Positions 48,540 through 59,779 of a DNA stretch of 64,000 bases are shown here, one piece after another. The notes under the pieces are model-generated. The model searched no databases and had not been told where the DNA came from. It was given only the letters and a program-made list of their open reading frames with translations. This DNA comes from Podarcis vaucheri (Eukaryota), in assembly GCA_965113315.1 (NCBI GenBank), contig OZ220365.1; one strand, 5' to 3'. The position numbers and the translations under genes are program-made. Each line of letters begins with the position of its first letter. Positions within the stretch are counted from its first letter, which is position 1.

Positions 48540-48632
48540 GAAATAAATAAAGTATATGTTGGTTCAGATGTGTATCTGTAATAACTTAAATTACAGATAC
48601 TCATCTGAACTATCATATACTTTATTTATTTC
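48540..48632. repeat. Inverted repeat with 43-bp arms, 3 mismatches and a 7-nt loop
   Basis: GAAATAAATAAAGTATATGTTGGTTCAGATGTGTATCTGTAAT-aacttaa-ATTACAGATACTCATCTGAACTATCATATACTTTATTTATTTC. Confidence 0.95.
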
Positions 48633-48745
48633 GGAGAACACAGAGAAATATCAATAGAGGTATCTTCAAATATAACAATCTGCCTTCCCACACTTACAAT
48701 TTTTGTAATATTTTCTCTTTGTTTTGTGGTTGTAGAACCCAAGGA

Positions 48746-48787
48746 GATGGATGGATGGATGGGTGGATAGGTGGATGGGTGGACAGA
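48746..48787. repeat. Degenerate (GGAT)n microsatellite
   Basis: Directly visible. Confidence 0.9.
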
Positions 48788-49149
48788 CGTAAAGTAGGTG
48801 TGTATTTTCAATTGTAATTTTAGCTTATGATTTATATTTTGAACTGTTGATATTATTCATTTTTCTTTGTATAAACTTGTTTTTAACATTGATTTTTACT
48901 GACAATTTAATGTATATTTTATATTCTTTGTAAACCAGTAGGAGGTTATAGTTAAAGTTAAGTGGTATACTAGTTTTTGTTAAATAAAAAAATAGATTAA
49001 ACAGATGTCTTATCTTCTCTCTTACTTTCATTTGTTAGTAATTTACATTTTAATAGTTCCTGTTATCTCAGGTTCTGTCTATCCCTTCTTCCTTCAGGAG
49101 AGCACAATAGCTCACTGGTGAAAGAGCTGTGCCATGGGGAGGCAGCAAC

Positions 49150-49452
49150 TTATAAGAATGGACTCCAAGTTCCAAATGTGATACCCAAAATCTTCCTGAG
49201 TCAGTGCATGTGGAAGGCGCCACTCCTGATGATTGTAAGTTGTCCAAGACTCACTTCCATAAAGCAGCATGCTCAGTGCGTTGACCTTCATCTTGGTATT
49301 GGACATTACCATCACATTTTCCCATACACTTTTGGAGAGGTGAGCCATTGGTGTAGCTGCCTTGGCAATACACTTGTCCAACTCAGCATCAATGGAAAGT
49401 CTGCTGATTATGATGGAACCCAGGTAGAGAAAATTGTCTACCATTTCCATAC
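49150..49452 (-). mobile_element. RTE-clade LINE ORF fragment (post-RT)
   Basis: VDNFLYLGSII..SIDAELDKCIAKAA..LSKSVW..TKMKV..LLYGSESWT, which include the FxYLGS and LLYGSExW motifs of RTE elements. Confidence 0.88.
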
Positions 49453-49740
49453 ACACCATACATTTAAAGCACACAGCTTCCTCCCAAAGAATCCTGGGAA
49501 CTGTCTTTATCCCTCACAAAGCTACAGTGCTCAAGCTGGGAGAAGTCATGTGCTTTAAAAGTGGTTTAGATGGACACAGCCTTAGCGGACAACCAGCACC
49601 ATCCACCTGAAGCAATAAGCAAAACATTATTTGTAGAACTCCCCGAGTTGAGGTTGATAAGTCATATTACAGAAATGATAATCGAAGTTCTCTCCTCTCA
49701 CACTTTGGTCAGGAGAAGTGCTTTTCTTTTCCTTTGAAAG

Positions 49741-49821
49741 ATTTAAATGGCTGGATGAAATGCTCACTGAGACAAAAAACATCCTACCTTCACAGGTATA
49801 CCGATGGGATCTGATCTGGCG
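49741..49821 (+). other. Candidate 81-nt exon of an unidentified host transcript
   Basis: Acceptor CTTTTCTTTTCCTTTGAAAG| and strong donor GCG|GTAAGT. Open only in phase 2 (FKWLDEMLTETKNILPSQVYRWDLIWR). Confidence 0.45.
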
Positions 49822-51102
49822 GTAAGTAACCTGCATTGAGTTATTGGGGTCATGGTGGATAGTTCAATGAAAATGTCAACCCAGTATGTGGCAGGCAGCT
49901 GTGAAAAAGGCACATTCCATGATCTTTTCATATTACCCCTCAGTGAAAATACAAGGAGTAAAACACCTTTTAATTTTAATGTCAATGGGATAGAACTTGA
50001 TTTTATTTTTTTCAAAAATTAAGCATTTCTATAATTCATTTTCCCATTCTACTACACCACATACACATGAAGATGGCTATTTCCTAGACCATGAAATTTG
50101 GTATTGTGAAACATCAAGGGAAATGCTTTTGGCTTGGCCATGCTAGGGTGGCACATATAATGGTGGGCCAATTTAGCTTCTGAAGACTAACATCCTTGTC
50201 TAATCATAGGCAGTTGCAGCCTGGGGGGTTGTAAAGGTTGCAGGGGGTCTGGCAGAACAAAAAGGAGCAGGTGCTTCAGAGCAAATATAGCTTCTGGGCT
50301 ATATTTTCCAACAGTGCAAATATCTGTATAGTAATATTCCAAGAGGAAAGCACATCATTGTAGCAGGGACAATGTGTTGTATGTGTTGACGGTCAGATTT
50401 GTTTTATAGCAAGGCAATCATGTTTCTAATGATGAAACTTTATGCTCAACTGTGCTGAGATACACTGCATATTTGGTGACCTAGTGATAAAAAAGCTTTC
50501 CTGGTACCACAGAATTTTGTGGGGGAGGTGGGAGGAGTGTGGAGTGTTTTTGTTCACAATTCCAGGCACTCAATTCCATTCCCCTTTCCACTTGTTTTCC
50601 ATTTCCCTCTTACTCAACAATCACTCAGTTTTAGGTTTCCACCCTGAGTCCCCCTCCCCCAGTATTATTTGTACTTCTGCAAACCTTGGTGTTCTCTCAA
50701 GCCTGTCAATATCTCTATTTTGAGTGTGCCATTTTGGTTTCGTAAGAATTGGCACTCAGCGACTGAGATTGTTCTTAGTACTCCGACAGTATATTATTCT
50801 GTGCCTTCCGGTGCTTAAACAGTTGCATGCTAATGTTGTGATTTTTCAGCCACATCTGCCAAAGCTGTCTTCCTTTGCCTTGTCATTTAGTCCATGCTCT
50901 ATAAACAAATGTTTTTGGCCCCTTTCCCCCTTTTTGGGAAGACAGCTGCTGGGAATGACCTGGCCAACTGCTCATGCATAGCTTAGTAGGAGACCTAGAG
51001 ATGCTTGTCAGTGACTAGAGCAAGTCTCTGACATAAAGAACAGATGCCTCAGACTCACAATCACACATCATGCTCCATAACTCCACTAGCAGTTCAGTAG
51101 GA

Positions 51103-51187
51103 CTCTCTCTCTGTCTCTGTCTCTGTCTCTGTCTCTGTCTCTGTCTCTGTCTCTGTCTCTGTCTCTGTCTCTTCTCCTCTCTCTCTC
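51103..51187. repeat. (CTCTGT)n / (CT)n microsatellite
   Basis: Directly visible. Source of the (RQ)n and (LC)n ORFs. Confidence 0.98.
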
Positions 51188-52096
51188 GCCTTATGGCAAC
51201 GACAACTTGGATTCCAGCTGCTGCAAACATTAAATATGGCTCAACCAAATCACCTGAAGCTGAATATTTAGAATATAGGCAGCTTGAGCTTTCAGTGGTT
51301 TGACCTACATCTTAAGACAGACGACGGTAGCTAAACAGACAGATAGACAAATGGATAGACAGACAGACAGACACTGCCCATTTTTCAATGAGAAATGAAG
51401 CAACCAAAAAAATAAAATAAAAAACCAGCAATATTCTTCTGCCTTAATAGCCTGAGAGGCAAAGCCTGAGATCTGTATTTCCAAAGTGTAACAATGAGAT
51501 TAACGTTTTTTCCCCCTTCCTGTTCTTTGGCTGAACCCACCTATGTGTGCGATAATTGTGTTTCACATAATAGGTCTGCAGTGGGCTCTGACTGTATAGC
51601 ATTTCTGTTGGCTGCATATGAATATCTCAGATGCTAAAAGGTTCAAAGAAATATCCTTGGAAACTGGGTGCACTTATCAGCACGTTTTGTTAACAAATGT
51701 TATCCTTGTTAAAAGAACGAGAAAGTAGAAGGCCTTCTAATCCTTTTCACCTCCTCTGCCAACCTGCCGTTATTCCCACTGTCTGAGCAGTGCTGTCTGA
51801 AAAGTTGGCTGGGGTTTTTTCCAAGGCATTTATATTTTAATATGCCCATCACCCCACAGAGAGCTGGTTGTCATTTCACACAGACTCACAGTGTTGAGAG
51901 CTGCATGGGAGCTTACTTGCCTGAATCAGGGGTTGAGTGGAGGGCAGGATCAGAAGGCTCTGCTTTCTGCAATTGGGTGAACTGTTTCACCACTTCTAAT
52001 CCTCAAAGCCAGATGCGGCAAGGTCCCTGAGCCCATGCTAGACCATGGTTGTACACACACCTGACTGGAATCAAGTGGAGGCTCAATTGTTTGTAT

Positions 52097-52668
52097 TGTT
52101 GCATGCCATCCCAATTTTCAAGCAGAGCAAGATTCCAGGGGTTCCAGGCGCTTACCCATGATTCGTGTTTCATTTGGAATGAGGCACAGCAGAGACTGTG
52201 GTGTTTTTATGGCATATGGCTTATTTACACAACCTATTTATAGAACTCCAGCCTATGATGGAGGGTCCCACGGCATTAACACCCCAAGAGGGCTTTGCCC
52301 CATAGCCGCAGCCTTGAAATCAAACAGAAATCAAGCATCGCTCTGACTCTCTGGCTTCCCCACACGATGCTTTGCTCTCCAGCTTCTAGCTCACATCACT
52401 CAACTCTCCACTCTGGGCTTTTTAACTACTAGCCAGTTGAGGGAGGGAGCAAGACACATTTGCCGTCTGGTGCAGATCCACCTCCTTTATTCCCTTCATG
52501 GCCCATTCCCTAAGCGATCACTTCACAAAGAAGCTAACTGGCTATTCCATGAATTTGAATCCTGGCTTACATTTTGACACTTGCTAGATCCAGGGATTGG
52601 GCGGGTCTCGGCATACAGCCTACTCCCCCCGCCGCCCCGCAAAAAAACCCCAACAACAACTCATAACA
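52097..52668 (-). mobile_element. Solo LTR, 572 bp
   Basis: TGTT...AACA termini and 4-bp TSD GTAT/GTAG. Minus-strand TTAAAAAG TATA-like box and a degenerate poly(A) signal. Homologous fragment at 21601-21747. Confidence 0.8.
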
Positions 52669-52852
52669 GTAGGATTGGTCTCGAACACGCCATTTTCCAA
52701 TAACTTCCCATAAGCATAAATATGCCAAAGAAGTGGAAATGTACTCAACTTCCTGTCAAATGAACAATGCTTTTGTTCAACAATGTCCATCTAATGTTTT
52801 AAAGTAGACAAGTAAACTGTTGTACACTGTACAAAAATGACCATGAAGCATA

Positions 52853-52924
52853 GTGGAGATATACCAAGGGAGAGGTATTGAATCAATGGTGGAGATATAC
52901 CAAGGGAGAGGTATTGAATCAATG
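52853..52924. repeat. Perfect 36-bp tandem duplication
   Basis: GTGGAGATATACCAAGGGAGAGGTATTGAATCAATG x2. Confidence 0.98.
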
Positions 52925-53289
52925 AACCTCTTTTCTCACTGTCCACAGCAGTCTGAGATAATCATGTGTCTAGAAGGGAAGAGAAAGGGGAAAGTGAGAA
53001 TCCTCACACACAGAATGTGTACGGTTGCACTGAAAGCATAAGTATAGGAGCATATCATTTAGTACTCCAGTGATCTTCACGGGTTTTGGGAAGCACTGGG
53101 AGAAAGGGTGAGTAACCTTTGTTGTTCTTGTATTTCTAGTAGTCCATGAGGAAGAGGAAGAGCGGGAAAGAAAGCTTAAAAATAAAAGGTCAAAAATAGC
53201 ATGGAGGGGAAACAGGTGGCTTGTACCAGTGTCATTAATTATATTACCAACAACTACCATAGGTAACAATGAGGCTGAAGATTTTAATT

Positions 53290-53618
53290 TTTATGCAAAC
53301 TAGTCATATTCATGCTTTCCAAAGCAATATGGGAACCAAAATACAGCTCAGTTTTGTAACTTCAGATTTTGCAATGCAGTTCTCCAAGCAAAAAATGTAT
53401 AAAAATGTGCATATTAGTGAAAAGTGCAGAAAAAATGTTCCCAAGACAATTGCCAGCAGAATGGACAAAACTGCATACAAAAGTGTCTTTATTAGGGAAA
53501 ATTCGCACACAAAAATTAGTATGAAAACACATGTGCTTTTTAAAAAAGAAATTGCAAACGTGTATGGAAATGGAGTGAACAAATGAGAAACCAAATCTGA
53601 AAGATCTGCTCATTCCTA
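53290..53618. mobile_element. Old AT-rich non-autonomous DNA element (TAGGGATG-type end, hAT-like)
   Basis: Ends ..GCTCATTCCTA. Homologous in inverted orientation to 60816-61253. Confidence 0.6.
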
Positions 53619-56470
53619 ACCATAATGCCAATCAGCATAGCAAAAGGTAAAGTGGCAATGGGAAGGTTTGTATTTTCCCTGGTACAAAATATAGCGCATT
53701 TACTGCTGGAAACATGTTATATCCTTACACCTGAAGCTGGGTAACCAGATGGCAGCAATGGCTGCATTTATTCTGCAAAAAACTATCATTGGCTAAAGCC
53801 TTCAGAGTAATACATCATTTGTTTAAAAAGTGAAAAAGCTATTGGTTTGAATTGTCACACACATTTGCAAATGCAAGGCAGCAAGATCCCACAGGTCAAT
53901 GGAGATATGGAAGTATTCGTTTGGCCACTGGAGGGCTCTCAATTTTTTTAAATTAGTGGAGTCAAATATGAATGTGCTTTACATCTTCAAGAGATAAAGA
54001 AGAAAAATGGATAGTTTAAGCAAAAACAGACTTCTTCCTGTGTATACCCCTTTCCCGGTTAATCATTTCTTTAGATCCTTAAGAAGAAAATGATTTTATA
54101 ATTTTTATAAAACTGGCAGAGGATCAACAAATGCCATGATTTTTCTGCTCTGTCATAGGTTCCTCTTTTCCTTCTGTTTATGGACATGTCTGCATAGTGC
54201 TTGACTATTTTATCAGTCGGACATAGTCAGTACGCATGTGGTAGGAGGGATCAATGTATTCTGCACAGATGGAAGCCTTCTGCCTTTTCTGGGTATGTGT
54301 CCTGTTCTGCGGGCTATGTACTACAGACCCCACAGCAAAAGAGTAACACACCAAGCACAAGAAGAAAGTAAGAAATCTGACTGAGCTTCATGTGATACTA
54401 GATGGGCATATGCCCCCTTAATAGGGCCAATCATTAAGGGCACACATTGGTTTCTGGACCTTGGGCAGCAGCCAACTAAATAGTTCTGCTAGCAAAATGA
54501 GATTTAGTTGTTCAATAGAACTTCTGCAGAACAGATTTAGGGGGTGGTGCACAGGGAGAATAAAGAATGGAGAAAAAATTCCAATGTGCAGCTAAAGCTT
54601 CTTGTGCTAGTGTAACTGTTTAGCTTGATATCACCCCTTGTTACTTTTGCATGTGCTCACCCATAGGTCTGTCCTATCCTATTTCTGTGTTACTCTGTTA
54701 ATTTCTTTATCTTAAAAAAATCCTTACAAGTTTTCCTGGTTCAATACTTATTTAAATACTTAATTTACACATTTTTCTCAAAATACGCATTTCTAAAATA
54801 TACTTTTTCCCCTTCAGAAAAACACATTTTCAAATGTATAGCAATATGTTTTTAAGCCAAGAACTTGATCCAAAATATTAGGAAGTATGGAAGCTGGAGG
54901 ATATGGAGCAGAGCAGATCAAGTCAAATGCACCTTAAGGCGGGCTTGGGGAGGGATTGATAGCAGGTGTCTCTTGACTCAATTCTGCCAGCTGAGTTGCC
55001 TTTCCATCAGTGCCAACCTCCTTCCCTTCACCAAGCCAACGTGCAGGATGATGGCAAGCTAGTGGATTACAGCTGGCAGAGCCAAGCCGAAAGCTCTGAA
55101 ATCTGATATTCTGAGTATGGGCAAGGGGCAGAGCTGGCCTGTAATCCACTGAATCCTGTGCCAATATCAATGATGTCATGCAACAGGTTAAGACCAATCA
55201 GAACCTAATTGCTGTGCCAACCTTCAGCTGGCACAAGGATCATGTCCAACTTCCGCCATTGGCAGCCAGGCCAAGGATGAACTGGTGAGTCCACCAACCC
55301 ACCAAGCCCTGCCAGGTTCTGATCCACACATTAAGTTGGGAGGTGTAGATCATGACAGTTTGTACCAGAGTATGTAAAGATCAAATTCATCAAGCCTCTC
55401 TGTTTATCATGTGCTGTCCATCATTCCTAAAATCTGAAGCAGTGTGTTGTGTTTTTTTCTGCTTTTGGTCCCTGCGTTGTAGACAAACAAGTCCTCTGTG
55501 AGGATAACTATTCTGATTTTCCAATCTTTCAGAAGGAAGAGTTGCTGTGCTCTATATCGTGCTGTTGCAGTCTTTTGCTTTAATTAAAATTATGGCCTCA
55601 GTGTAGGGACATTTGTGGGATACCCACATGAATATCCAGGTATAAAAAGCTTGGATGCTGTCTGAGCATTAAAACCACACAATTTTACAGCCCGTGCTAC
55701 ATCTAGCAGTTGCATTTAGATTAGGCCACTGAGGTCCTTTGTCACATATTACTCAATCTCAATCTCTAAAGGTCAGGATATGCAAGCAGTTTAATTTGTC
55801 CAGGCTATAACTGTAAATCCAGAAGGCTAAAATTTTATGCAGCTCAGCTTTCTAACTGAGTAACATAAGTCTTTTGTAATGGAGTGCTTATTATTACTTT
55901 AGACTTAAAGGTTGGTATAGAAAGCCTGTTGGTCCCAGATGAGAAGAAAGAAAAAGTAAGTAAGTTTCTGTCTTTTATTGGATGAACTTTGGCTGGCAGA
56001 AATTTAAGAACAGAAGTATGACATCAAGCTTTAGAAAGAATGAAAAGATGAAGGAGCCAGTAATTTCAAATAGATTCTGAACTAATATTCAGGCTGGTTT
56101 CATTAAAGAATGCAAATGTCTTCGGGTATGATCCACTGGGAAGTTTTCTTTGGCACATTGATTGAAAAGGGAGCTAAGAACAGTAGTTCTCTTGCACAAT
56201 TTTATTCATTTCTGTGGGGCTTGAGAAGGAGACTATCCCAATGGATTGTGGCCTTTGTCACTAAATAAGGCTTTATTTACATGAACACTACACTTTCTTC
56301 AGGACTCTGAAGCTGGCACAAATCTCAGACCACTGAAAGAACATTGCTAATGATGCCTATAAAAAAAAATCCCTCAGGAGGATCACTGGTAACGTATCTC
56401 TATCCTGCAAATGTACATGGCTCTGTGTCATTTTAAGTGTTATATTTTCCCCCAAAAGAATAATGGGAAC

Positions 56471-56657
56471 CATAGGAGCCAACTCTTAGGGGCCGAGGTA
56501 CCTGTGGGGCCCCCAATAAAATATTTGAGGGGATCAGGGACCCCAAAGTTGATGGATATTGCCATTCAAATGGTGTGTGTGTGCTGTGCCTTGTGATCGA
56601 TTATAAGGGCGGGGCTTACCTGGGCCACTCAATATTTTATTCAGGTTGGCATCCCTG
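56471..56657. mobile_element. Non-autonomous hAT (Ac-type), 187 bp
   Basis: Ends CATAGGAGCCAACT...GGTTGGCATCCCTG. Perfect TSD ATGGGAAC (56463-56470, 56658-56665). Confidence 0.9.
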
Positions 56658-56994
56658 ATGGGAACTGTAGTTTCTGAAAGTGCTGAGAATACACCTTTAG
56701 CTTCTGTGCAAACAAGGGGTCTCCTGTTGAAATCAGACAGGCATTTGCAATTTTGATATTTTGATGGGCCAAAAATATACCTGTTTTGCCGAGTGTTCTT
56801 TGAATTAATTTGATTCAGTAGCGGACAGTGTGCTGCACTAATCACCTCCCTCTCTCTGGCAGAATTACTGCTGCATAGTAGAATAGAGAGCAAGAGGCCC
56901 AAGGCAGCTGTGAAGGTGGTGCAGTCCAAATGTGCCAGTGTGCCTGCACTAGCTAACCTTGCCATCACCTCTCTCTCGCACACCTTCCATCCAG

Positions 56995-57028
56995 GTATGC
57001 ATCAGCAGGCCAGGCTGAGGAAGGCCAG
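56995..57028 (+). other. Candidate 34-nt exon whose first bases form a 5' splice site (recursive-splice-like)
   Basis: Branch-point-like GCTAAC (56952-56957), pyrimidine tract, CAG|GTATGC, and a downstream donor CAG|GTGAGT (57029). Confidence 0.4.
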
Positions 57029-58883
57029 GTGAGTGGCACAGCACCACATGTTACAAGTCTACAAGTCTCAGCAAAAGCTGAGGCTGCCTTTCCTTCTCCT
57101 CCTCCAACCAGCATCTGACAGTGGAGGGGGGAGGCGAGACTCAATATGTAAATATGCAAGAATTTTCATGTCCTGTACTACATAATCTACACTGAGTGAC
57201 AGTTGTAACAGTTCACATAAAATCTACAGACATTATATTTTATTCCTAGATTCAGCAGTATCTAATACAGATTTAATGAATTGCATCTCGATGAAAAATG
57301 CTGCAACTAGTTATACTTTGATATATGATGGGCTCAAAATCATGTTCAGGGGAAACATTGTTGTGCAACAGATTTTGGCAGAGAATTAATTTATTTTGTA
57401 CTAAGATCATGTTTTTATCCTCAGGATAATTTTATTTTCTGCTGCAACTTATTTCTGATGACTCATTCATGAATTCATTATTTTCTATCTCTATATAATT
57501 TTGGTTGGTTCTCTGTTCTATAAACTTATTTCCTAAGCACTTGACATATATTGTGATCTTGCCGACACCATACCATGATTTGATTATCTTTTCTGGAACA
57601 CAGGAACTTTTTTAAAAAAATTCCTGTAACCTGGTAACTTCCACTTTCAAGGAAACAATATCTGATAAAACTCTTTCCCCTCTTTGGGGAGGAATGCTGA
57701 TCAGTTGCAGATTGCTGAAAATTTGAGAGGGACAGGTCCATTTGAGACCTTGTTCCGGGGTGGTGTTGGCAGAAAAAAAAATATTTTTCATTATTGCGTG
57801 AAATATTCCATCCACAGAGGGATGTCTGGAACATTATTCAGAGAAGTCTTATACATCCCCCAGAAGCCCTTGGAACCATCTGTAGTCTTCTGTGACATGT
57901 TTGTGAAGTCTATTCTGTTTTTTGAAACACCAGTGATCTGAAGGTCCCCACTTCTAGATCCACTGATTACTGAAAGTAGTAATTACAGTTAGACAACCCT
58001 GACCTACACAATCCAGAAGGCAATGTGTCACAGAGTGGAATTGCCTAGAAAGCAAATACCCCCAGGGGACTTAAGTTAATGAGCTGAGTCACTCACATGT
58101 GTTCCTAACAAATTTGGTGCGTGGGTGGTGGGTTCCTTCCAAAAACGGTGATCAGTCAGTGCCTGAATATCTAGTCACAAACCCTGCAACTGATGACTTT
58201 TCCCCTTCCTGGGATGATTACAAATAGAAGAATACAGCATCCTGTCCATTCTTTCACCTGAGTGTAGATGCAGTTGGAAGCCACACTGCCCAAGGGTTGA
58301 AATGAAAAGCACCTGGAAGACCACCAGAGGACCTGACGTGTGTGATTGCATTGCGAGACATTTTTGGTAGATCACGCACAGCCTCCTTTCCAGACAGTGT
58401 GGGCAGAAGGCAGATTGCTGCTGTTGCTAGGAACAGAATCCAGGAGCACAAGGGAAGCAGGAAGATACCTGCCAGGCAAATGTTGGAATGCAGCCTGCAG
58501 GAGCTGAACGAAGTTATTACCCACGATGGAAATGTCATATCGCAAATGATAAATGGGTTTGTTAATATGACAAAGGGTACAACTTGATTGTATGAAGCTG
58601 AGTGACAGTGACTGATTATCACTTGTGCCAATGAACAAATGTCTTCTCCCACTGCTCTGTTGAAGGCCACTAGATGCCAACAGGACACCAAGCTGCCTTC
58701 TGCTCCTCTCAATGTGGCTGTGTCAGCACAATGAATTTGTGCATCAATACTAAGACATTTCACATCTCTAACCAGGATTGCAAGTGCAGATGACTTGAAT
58801 GAGGAGGTGTCTGATTGTGTTACAGATTTTTAAAATTTGATTTATTACCCACAAAACTGCATGTTTCATACTGACATAGTACT

Positions 58884-59064
58884 TATAGGAAGCTGCCTTA
58901 TATAATGGTCCATCTAGTGCAGTATTGTCTACACTGAATGGCAGCAGTCCTCTAGGGCTTTGGACAGGGGAAATTCCCAGCCCTTTCTAGAAATGCTGGA
59001 GACTAAACCCAGGACCTTCAATGTGTAAAGCAACTGCTCTGCCTCTGAGCTATGGCCATTCCCC
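58884..59064 (-). mobile_element. tRNA-headed SINE with CR1-like tail
   Basis: ATAGGAAGCTGCCTTAT..GGTCCATCTAG..CCCAGGACCTTC..CTGAGCTATGGCC. Same family as 7243 and 59463. Confidence 0.8.
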
Positions 59065-59462
59065 AAAGGACTCAGAAGCCCTGAAATCTAAGCCTTTAAA
59101 TTGTGCCTCCCGGAAAGGATTATACATAGCAAGCAAAGGGTGATGGGTCCATGTGCTTTTCTGTTTGTCATCATTTGTTGACAGATGACTGATGAAGGAA
59201 GGGAGGCTCTGATCACACAGCTGCTGCAATGGCAAACATCTGCAAAAGCCCACAGTTACCTGCACAGGTACTTGTTCATGCATTCAGCAGGATAGATTTC
59301 ATCAGGCTACCATGATCGTAGTAGTCATTATGGGTATTCCATGTGTTGCAAGCTCTTCCCAGTTTGTTTACTACCACTCAGTGGTGCATCGAATAAGTGG
59401 CAGTGGGTAAGTCTACTGGTCATGTTCTCAGCCACCTTTTGGAAAGAAGAAGCATAGAATAT

Positions 59463-59632
59463 AGAAACACAGGAAGTTGTCCTATATTGAGTCAGACCCT
59501 TGGTCCATTAAGCTCAGTATTGTCTACGCTGCCTAGCAGTGGCTCTTAAGGAATATATTTGGAGATGCAGGGATTGAACCTGGGACCTTCTGCATGCAAA
59601 GGCAATGCTCTACCACTGATCTACAGTCATTC
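59463..59632 (-). mobile_element. tRNA-headed SINE with CR1-like tail
   Basis: GGGATTGAACCTGGGACCTTCTGCATGCAAAGGCAATGCTCTACCACTGA is the reverse complement of a tRNA-like A/B-box head. Confidence 0.85.
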
Positions 59633-59760
59633 ATAAGACATTTTTCTTAGACAGAAAGTCCAAATGGTATTCTTCATGATGATAAAAGTATAATAATAAA
59701 TAACATGACTTTTGCTGACCTTTAATGATGGCCAAAATCTGAAGTCAGACGTGGGCCACC

Positions 59761-59779
59761 ACATGCCACCTAGTGGTAA
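59761..59779 (-). promoter_or_regulatory. CTCF-like motif
   Basis: Minus strand TTACCACTAGGTGGCATGT contains the core CCACTAGGTGGCA, matching CCASYAGRKGGCR. Confidence 0.5.

Noticed and set aside
51015-51303. (RQ)n and (LC)n ORFs
   Set aside because: Translation of the hexanucleotide microsatellite.
56814-56832. Second RE1 site (TTCAGTAGCGGACAGTGTG)
   Set aside because: The left half is degenerate and the spacing is 2 nt short of canonical.
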